Source of the DNA: an uncultured Eubacteriales bacterium
GTDB lineage: Bacteria; Acidobacteriota; Aminicenantia; Aminicenantales; Aminicenantaceae
Reading direction: 5' to 3'
DNA length: 64,000 nt
Assembly (NCBI GenBank): GCA_964429795.1
Contig: CAYSCW010000003.1
Coordinates: 67,061-131,060 of the forward strand
Shown here: positions 57,816-64,000 of the stretch, piece after piece
Layout of the letters: the number at the start of each line of letters is the position of its first letter
Position numbering within the stretch: position 1 is the stretch's first letter
Made by a program: the position numbers and the translations under genes
The notes under the pieces: model-generated
Database searches by the model: none
Seen by the model: the letters and a program-made list of their open reading frames with translations, nothing else
What the model was told of the DNA's origin: nothing

Positions 57816-59525
57816 ATGAAAAAAGGGAAATATATTCTAATTATTCTGCTGATTTTCTTCATTCTCTTTCTGATAACAGCGGTTTCCTTCTTTTACTATG
57901 AGTTCAGGAAGCCACCCACCGTAAAAGCCCACTCTTACCTGGAGTTTAACCTTACAGGAGAGATTGTGGAAAAATCCATGCCTAACATCTTCACGCTGCT
58001 TTTCGGAGTGGAACCTCTCTCCGTATACGATATATGGATGAACATCCGTAAAGCAGAAAACGATGAGCGCATCAAATGTCTCCTGTTGCGTCTTGGGTAT
58101 CTTGATTGTGATTGGGCCAAAATCAGCGAAATAAGAGAGGCTGTCCTGGATTTCAAGAAATCCGGGAAAAAGGCCTACGCTTACATCGAGGAAGCCCCGG
58201 ATATCGACAAGGAGTATTACCTGGCCACAGCATGCGATGAAATCATTCTCCAGCCATTGGGATTTTTAGGAATAAATGGAATCGGTGGATATTTTCCTTT
58301 CTTCAAAAGAACCTTTGCCAAGCTGGGCATCGAGGCTGAGTTCGAACATGTCGAAGAGTACAAAACAGCCTATAACATCTTTACAGAAGACAAATTCACT
58401 CCTGCACATAAGGAAATGGTGGAGTCCATCTACAGCGACATCTTTGATCATTATCTCAAAGCAGTTGCTGAGGCAAGAGCAAAAAGTGTGGAGGAGATAA
58501 AAGCTCTGATCGATGATGGTTTTTTTCAAGGAGAAAACGCCTTGAAGTCTGGACTGGTGGACAAACTTCTCTTTGAGGATGAATTACAAAACACCCTCAA
58601 ATACAACGGAAAAAAACTCTCCAAAATCAGCCATGATCAGTACTTAAAGATTAAACCCACATCCTTAGGACTGAACAGAGGGAAAAAAATCGCACTCATC
58701 TATGGAATGGGTCCCATCTACGTAGGAGAAAGCACTCCTCAAATGATGGGAAGTTCGACTGTCTCGCGCTGGATCAGAAGCGCAAGAAAGGACAATTCCA
58801 TCAAGGCTGTGGTCTTTCGAGTGGACAGCCCGGGTGGTTCTGCTGTTGGTTCAGATGTGATCTGGAGAGAGGTGGCTTTAACCAGGAAAGAAAAGCCAAT
58901 CATCGTCTCCATGTCCGATGTGGCCGGGTCAGGCGGTTATTGGGTCTCCATGGCAGCCAATAAAATCGTGGCTCAACCTCAAACCCTCACCGGTTCGATC
59001 GGGGTTCTGGCCGGCAAATTCAACATGGCTGAGCTCTACAAAAAATTGGGGATCACTTCAGAAAGGCTGATCTATGGAGAGAGAGCCGATGTTTTTTCCA
59101 CCTTTCGAGGCTTCACCAAAGAGGAGAGGAAGAGCCTCAAGGAGGAAATCCTGTGGATATACGATCAATTCCTGGCCAAAGTCGCCGAAGGCCGTAAGAT
59201 TACAAAAGAAAAAGTGGACGAAATTGGAAAAGGGAGGGTCTGGACAGGAAGTCAGGCAAAGAATTTGGGATTGGTGGATGAGGTCGGAGGTCTGTCTAAA
59301 GCCGTCCAGCTGGCAAAACAATTGGCAGGCATCCCAGAAGGCGAGGAAGTGAAACTCGTCGTCTGGCCGAAAAAGATTTCCCTCTTCCAGGCTCTGTTAG
59401 CAAGGAAAACAGTCCAGATAGACCTTCCCCGAGATCATCGAGTCCAAGACATCCTGGTGACACTCCAAGCGCTGGAAAAAGAAAGAATCTGGGCGGTGAT
59501 GCCTTTCTGGATTCTCCCCGATTAG
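57816..59525 (+). CDS. sppA: Signal peptide peptidase A (67K type)
   Basis: N-terminal TM, YYLATACD, EEYKTA, RVDSPGGS, SGGYW, TGSIGV and GRVWTG motifs. ATG 57816 with GAGGAGG RBS. Confidence 0.94.
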   Translation: MKKGKYILIILLIFFILFLITAVSFFYYEFRKPPTVKAHSYLEFNLTGEIVEKSMPNIFTLLFGVEPLSVYDIWMNIRKAENDERIKCLLLRLGYLDCDWAKISEIREAVLDFKKSGKKAYAYIEEAPDIDKEYYLATACDEIILQPLGFLGINGIGGYFPFFKRTFAKLGIEAEFEHVEEYKTAYNIFTEDKFTPAHKEMVESIYSDIFDHYLKAVAEARAKSVEEIKALIDDGFFQGENALKSGLVDKLLFEDELQNTLKYNGKKLSKISHDQYLKIKPTSLGLNRGKKIALIYGMGPIYVGESTPQMMGSSTVSRWIRSARKDNSIKAVVFRVDSPGGSAVGSDVIWREVALTRKEKPIIVSMSDVAGSGGYWVSMAANKIVAQPQTLTGSIGVLAGKFNMAELYKKLGITSERLIYGERADVFSTFRGFTKEERKSLKEEILWIYDQFLAKVAEGRKITKEKVDEIGKGRVWTGSQAKNLGLVDEVGGLSKAVQLAKQLAGIPEGEEVKLVVWPKKISLFQALLARKTVQIDLPRDHRVQDILVTLQALEKERIWAVMPFWILPD

Positions 59526-59554
59526 CCAGTTCAAAAAGAATGCTCTAGATGATC

Positions 59555-62476
59555 TCAATATGCATAGGAATAGGGGCAGATGGTTCTGAAGTCGCACACC
59601 CTGCAGTTATGCCAGTCGGGTTTGGCCTCATGATTGTGGCGACGTATGCCGTCTTCAGCCTCCCTGATTTTTTCCATGGCCTTCTCCAAATCTTCTCCTG
59701 ACTTCTGGGCATGCCCGATGATATCCGACTCCAGAAAATGAAGCTGGGTATCTGCGAGGGGAACCGAAAGTGCTTTCTCAAAGGAGAGAGCATACAAATC
59801 CATCTGGAGGCTGCTTCTGGTTTTCTGGTCCGCCTCCTTCTTGTTTTTCACCTCTGTAGCCTTATAATCGATAATCACTGCTCCATCCTGACGGACATCA
59901 ACCCGATCCCACCGACCGATAAATTTCACTCCTTCTGCGTGCCACTTGAAACTCTTCTCCAGGTATGATGGCAGAAATTCGGAGTGTTCCTCACGACGAT
60001 AAAAAAGACGGAGAGCCCTCTCCCCTGCCTTCCTCCTCATTTCCTCGTGCTCCCTGCTGAGAAAACCCTCGTTGATCCATCTCTTTTCATATTCTTTCAA
60101 CAGATCATCTTCTGGCATCCTGATCCTGGCCATTTTCTTCTTCAAATAAAAATGAATAGTATTGTGAAGTGCCCGGCCAAAGACCAAGGCATGATGGGGG
60201 AGAACAGGAATCCTCATGATATGTCTGTACTTGTACTTGAGCGGGCAGGTCAGATAATCCTCCACCTGAAAATAGCTGAGGGTCAGAATTTCCTTTTCTC
60301 TCACAGCCGGAATGAAGGGAGGGGAGGAAACTGGAGCAGCATACCTCTTTATCTCCTCCAGAGCAGAGGAACGTGCCATTTCTTTTGGCATCTGCCTCAG
60401 ATCCAAAGCCTCCAAGACAAAGGGACTCACTTTTTTCAACCGCTTCAGACCATAATCCCTGGCCCAGGTTAAGTAGAGTAGTTCCTTAGTCCTGGTCATT
60501 CCCACATAGAAAAGTCGGCGTTCTTCCTGGAGATAGTTCTCTCCTTCTGGGAGGCTCTCTTTCAGGATCTCATCTGGGATGGGGATTTTCTCCCGCCTCA
60601 GCCGTCCGGGAAATCGATCAGCGATCAAGCTGACAATGAACACGATAGAAAACTCAAGGCCCTTGGCCTTGTGAACAGTAATCACATGAACGGCTTCCTC
60701 CTCCAACTCCGCCTCGGCTGTGGCTGGGTTATCCCCGACTTCTTGAAGAAGGTCCAGATGTTGGGCAAAGGAATGGATGGAATCATCGGCGGACAGCTCA
60801 GAAAAATTCTTGACCTTATCGAAAAAAATCCGGATATTCTTGATCTTCATTTCCTTCTGGAGGCTTGGATTCTCTACCAAAGACTTCAGATATCCTGTCC
60901 TTTCCAGGAAGGAATAGAGCACCAGGCCTGCATTCTGAGAACTTCCCATTTGAACAAAAAAGAGCAGGTCGTCAAAAATCCTTTTGGTCCCTTTCTCAGT
61001 AGTCGCCGAAATCTCAATTGGGCATTTCCCTTCATAGATCTCCCTGAAGACCTTGTGCAGAGGGAAGTTTTTCTTGTGAGCATAATTGGAAATGACGGTC
61101 AGATCATAGGGGTCGGTTTGGTAGATCTCGGAAAGAGCCAGGTTGAAGAGGCTTTTGCTATCCTCAAAATCTGTCAGAGCCTTGATGAAAGAGATGAGAA
61201 TCTTCACTTCCTCCTGGGAATAAAGCCCCCTGCTTCCTGAAAATCGGAAAGGAATCTCCTTTATGTTTAGGGCCCTGAGAAAAGGATCGGCATCGGCATT
61301 TCTGCGGACCAGGATAGCGATGTCTCCGTATCGATAACCTGTCTTCACCTTCTCCTGGATGATTTCGGCAGCCCTGTCTGCCTCATGGGAAAGGGTGTCA
61401 AATTGAAGAAGATGGATGCTTTTCCCTTCACTTTCCACAGAGGACTCAAGAACTTTGTTCACTCCATACTTGTGCTCCAACCGATAAGGATTATTCTGCT
61501 GGATAAGCTGATAGGCAGAGTCGAGGATGTCCTGAGTGGAACGGTAATTTTTGCTCAACACAATTTTCTTAGTTTCGGGATAGACCTCCTCAAAATTGAG
61601 GATGTTGGCCAAGGATGCTCCCCGGAAGCGAAAAATGCTCTGATCATCATCCCCGCAGACAGTGAGATTTTTGTGTTTTGCGGCTAATCCTTTCAACAGC
61701 TCAAACTGAATGTAGTTTGTGTCCTGAAATTCATCGACCAGGATATACTTGTACTTGTCCTGGAATTCCCGAAGGATAGAAGGTCTTTTGCGCCAAAGAT
61801 CCAGAACCAGCCAAACCTGGTCCTCGAAGTCGATCTTGCTCTCTCTCTTCAGCAGTTCCTGATACTCCTGGTAAACCTTGCTCATCTCCAGATGTTTCAG
61901 GGCTCTCTCCTTTTCAACATCGTCTGCGGCCTTGTTGACTAGATTGCTGGCATAGGCGATATATTCCTCTGGGCTTATATCTTCCTGCTTCAATCTCTTT
62001 ATCGCTGCCAGGATGTCCTGGATGTATCTAGCAGGAGAACTTAAAGGCCTGTAGTAATCAAGGGAAAAATGGAAGAGATGTTCTCTGAAAAAAATGGCCT
62101 GCTCCACCTCATCCAGAAGTTTGAAATCAGGAGGGTATCCCAGTTCAATTCCATAGTTTCTCAGCACCCTTTCACCAAAGGAATTGAAAGTGCTGATCTC
62201 CACAAAAGAATAACTGTAGGGGATCAGGATGTCGACTCTCTCCTCCATCTCGTTAGCTGCCTTCTCGGTAAACGTGACGGCAAGAATTTCCTCTGGCTTT
62301 GCCCGTTTAGCAGCGATGAGATAGGCAATGCGGTGGGTAATGGCTTTGGTTTTGCCGGTTCCGGCTCCGGCGATGATAAGAAGAGGCCCTTCTCCGTGAG
62401 TGACAGCCTCTCTCTGAGCAAAATTCAGGTTATCCAGCAGATGATGGAATTTTCCATTCTTGGATGACTGATGCAT
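59555..62476 (-). CDS. UvrD/PcrA-like SF1A helicase fused to a PD-(D/E)xK nuclease with Fe-S cysteines
   Basis: AGAGTGKT, DEFQD, GDDDQSIF.FRGA, TVHKAKGLEF and EERRLFYV.MTR. C-terminus YLTCP..GRWDRVD..IDYK..NCRVCDFRTIC. Confidence 0.92.
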   Translation of the reverse strand: MHQSSKNGKFHHLLDNLNFAQREAVTHGEGPLLIIAGAGTGKTKAITHRIAYLIAAKRAKPEEILAVTFTEKAANEMEERVDILIPYSYSFVEISTFNSFGERVLRNYGIELGYPPDFKLLDEVEQAIFFREHLFHFSLDYYRPLSSPARYIQDILAAIKRLKQEDISPEEYIAYASNLVNKAADDVEKERALKHLEMSKVYQEYQELLKRESKIDFEDQVWLVLDLWRKRPSILREFQDKYKYILVDEFQDTNYIQFELLKGLAAKHKNLTVCGDDDQSIFRFRGASLANILNFEEVYPETKKIVLSKNYRSTQDILDSAYQLIQQNNPYRLEHKYGVNKVLESSVESEGKSIHLLQFDTLSHEADRAAEIIQEKVKTGYRYGDIAILVRRNADADPFLRALNIKEIPFRFSGSRGLYSQEEVKILISFIKALTDFEDSKSLFNLALSEIYQTDPYDLTVISNYAHKKNFPLHKVFREIYEGKCPIEISATTEKGTKRIFDDLLFFVQMGSSQNAGLVLYSFLERTGYLKSLVENPSLQKEMKIKNIRIFFDKVKNFSELSADDSIHSFAQHLDLLQEVGDNPATAEAELEEEAVHVITVHKAKGLEFSIVFIVSLIADRFPGRLRREKIPIPDEILKESLPEGENYLQEERRLFYVGMTRTKELLYLTWARDYGLKRLKKVSPFVLEALDLRQMPKEMARSSALEEIKRYAAPVSSPPFIPAVREKEILTLSYFQVEDYLTCPLKYKYRHIMRIPVLPHHALVFGRALHNTIHFYLKKKMARIRMPEDDLLKEYEKRWINEGFLSREHEEMRRKAGERALRLFYRREEHSEFLPSYLEKSFKWHAEGVKFIGRWDRVDVRQDGAVIIDYKATEVKNKKEADQKTRSSLQMDLYALSFEKALSVPLADTQLHFLESDIIGHAQKSGEDLEKAMEKIREAEDGIRRHNHEAKPDWHNCRVCDFRTICPYSYAY

Positions 62477-62491
62477 GAGGTGAAAGCTGAC

Positions 62492-62815
62492 CTATTTGTC
62501 TTTTTCTTCGTTCTTTTTGATGATCACGATCTCATCTGGATCCATAAGCCAAAGCTCCTCTCGCGCTTTCTTCTCTACAGCCTTTGGATTTTTCTTCAGC
62601 TCTTCGATTTCCCTCTCCAGTTGACTTCTCTTCTCCTCAAGACGTTCTATTCCCTGAAACAGCGCTCTCTGTTTTTTCTTGGCCCGATCCATTTCGATCC
62701 AACCGTTCTTACCGAAGAAGGAAGCTATGAACAGGATCAAAAAAAGGAGGCTCAAGGCGACGATGAGAAGCTTCCTGCGAAAATTGCTTCTGTCTTTTAC
62801 TTCCTTGCGCCTCAA
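62492..62815 (-). CDS. ftsB: Septum formation initiator FtsB/DivIC family protein
   Basis: Basic N-terminus, TM, coiled coil and EKKAREELWL.DPDE. TTG start overlaps the upstream stop. Confidence 0.8.
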   Translation of the reverse strand: MRRKEVKDRSNFRRKLLIVALSLLFLILFIASFFGKNGWIEMDRAKKKQRALFQGIERLEEKRSQLEREIEELKKNPKAVEKKAREELWLMDPDEIVIIKKNEEKDK

Positions 62816-63999
62816 GATATGGCCTCCAACCCAGATTTGATAAGCCTCGCCACCTCCTTCTTGGTCGCGGCTTCTCCATAACAACGGATGATGGGCTCAG
62901 TCCCTGAAAACCGGAAAAGGATCCAGTCATCGTTGCTGAAATCCAATTTTATACCATCTATGGTCTCGGTGTTCTCTACCTTCTGTCCTGCAAACACGGA
63001 TGGAGGATTCTTTATCAATTTCTTCAGTATTCTTTCATTTTTCGATTTAAGGGGCACATTCCGCTGTTTGCCCACTCTCTTTCCATATTTTCGAAAAAGA
63101 GCCTCGATCATTTGCCCGAGGCTCTTGTCCATGGCTGCTATCATTTCAGCCACCAAAAGACCGGCATAGATACCATCCTTCTCCGGGAGGTGGTCTCTTA
63201 TCGCCATACACGCACTCTCTTCCGCACCAAAAATGATTTTCTTTCGTAAGAAGAGATCCGCCAAATACTTGAACCCCACGGGTGTCTTATAAAGACGAAG
63301 ATCATACTTCCGGGCGATTCTATCCACCAGATGCGTTGTGGCCACGGAACGGGCCACTCCTCCCCTCCAGTTTTTCTCTGTAACGAGGTAATCCAACAGC
63401 AAAGAAAGGATCAGATTCTGGACGATGAAGTTTCCTTTATCATCGACCACACCAAACCGGTCCCCGTCAGCGTCGGTGGCGATCCCCAAATGACACTTCT
63501 TCTCCTTAACCAAGTTTTTCAGTTCTCCTAGATTTTCTTCCGAACAGGAAGGCGTAATTCCTCCAAAATAGGGATCAATATACCCATGAATCTCTACCAC
63601 GGGAATGCCATTCTCTTCCAAGATTTCATCCAGATACTCACGACTCGTCCCGTAAAGAAGGTCCACAGCGATTCTGATCTTGGACTTCCTTATCAGTTCG
63701 AAATCTATTTTCTCCTGGATAAAATTCAAGTAATCATCTTGAAGATTAATCTTCTCTATGTATTCGGTCTTAGGATAATAGGGATACAAGGAAGAATCTT
63801 TGAGAAGACTTTTGATCTCTTTTTCTATTCTATCCGTCTCCTCAGGAAGGGCCGGAGCTCCTTTTTCAGTGTTGAACTTGAGGCCGTTGTATTCAGGCGG
63901 GTTGAAGGAAGCCGTGAAGTTTATCCCTCCCTGTGCTCCTCGTTTTATGATCTGGTAGGACTGCGCTTGGGAGGGAGCATCCCTGTCAGCCATAAAAAC
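62812..63999 (-). CDS. Phosphoglucomutase/phosphomannomutase family protein, 5' part outside the window
   Basis: TASFNP (variant of TASHNP), DADGDRFG, GAEES and RFSGTEP motifs. Frame stays open to the window edge. Confidence 0.9.
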   Translation of the reverse strand, partial: VFMADRDAPSQAQSYQIIKRGAQGGINFTASFNPPEYNGLKFNTEKGAPALPEETDRIEKEIKSLLKDSSLYPYYPKTEYIEKINLQDDYLNFIQEKIDFELIRKSKIRIAVDLLYGTSREYLDEILEENGIPVVEIHGYIDPYFGGITPSCSEENLGELKNLVKEKKCHLGIATDADGDRFGVVDDKGNFIVQNLILSLLLDYLVTEKNWRGGVARSVATTHLVDRIARKYDLRLYKTPVGFKYLADLFLRKKIIFGAEESACMAIRDHLPEKDGIYAGLLVAEMIAAMDKSLGQMIEALFRKYGKRVGKQRNVPLKSKNERILKKLIKNPPSVFAGQKVENTETIDGIKLDFSNDDWILFRFSGTEPIIRCYGEAATKKEVARLIKSGLEAIS

Positions 64000-64000
64000 G

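Noticed and set aside
274-63531. Numerous 60-200 aa ORFs overlapping long genes on the opposite strand or in alternate frames
   Set aside because: Shadow ORFs of well-supported genes, with no motifs or RBS support.
1-64000. tRNA, rRNA, tmRNA or prophage genes
   Set aside because: No recognisable T-loop/anticodon-arm patterns, rRNA signatures or phage genes were found by eye.

Overview
Bacterial chromosomal window with no rRNA, tRNA or CRISPR array. Gene content and style suggest an anaerobic diderm, possibly Aminicenantia/Acidobacteriota; that assignment is inference only. 1-14.7 kb is a dcw cluster (ftsI to ftsZ) running directly into hutI. It is followed by a PPi-type phosphofructokinase and a class I aldolase, then an ORF-less sigma54-driven, GGA-rich locus that may be an sRNA. 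Next are a RAYT/Y1 HUH transposase flanked by exact 17-bp direct repeats and strand-biased repeat arrays, and a TonB-dependent receptor with a clear NikR operator beside nikR. The middle holds comM, an MglA-like GTPase, an A-B-B-A set of four GT4 glycosyltransferases, and truA/rimI/tsaB. The most unusual block (37.4-46.1 kb) is a nine-gene operon: an ADP-forming acyl-CoA ligase whose beta subunit carries a ferredoxin-like domain, a citryl-CoA-lyase-like protein, an HD protein, two different LeuC/LeuD-type aconitase-family pairs and a homoisocitrate-dehydrogenase-like enzyme. It lies next to a GntR regulator and a HypD-type glycyl radical enzyme. The right end has an ECF sigma/anti-sigma operon with its own ECF promoter, an ABC exporter, sppA, a UvrD-nuclease fusion, ftsB and a phosphohexomutase with an altered active-site motif. 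A family of palindromic intergenic repeats occurs four times.
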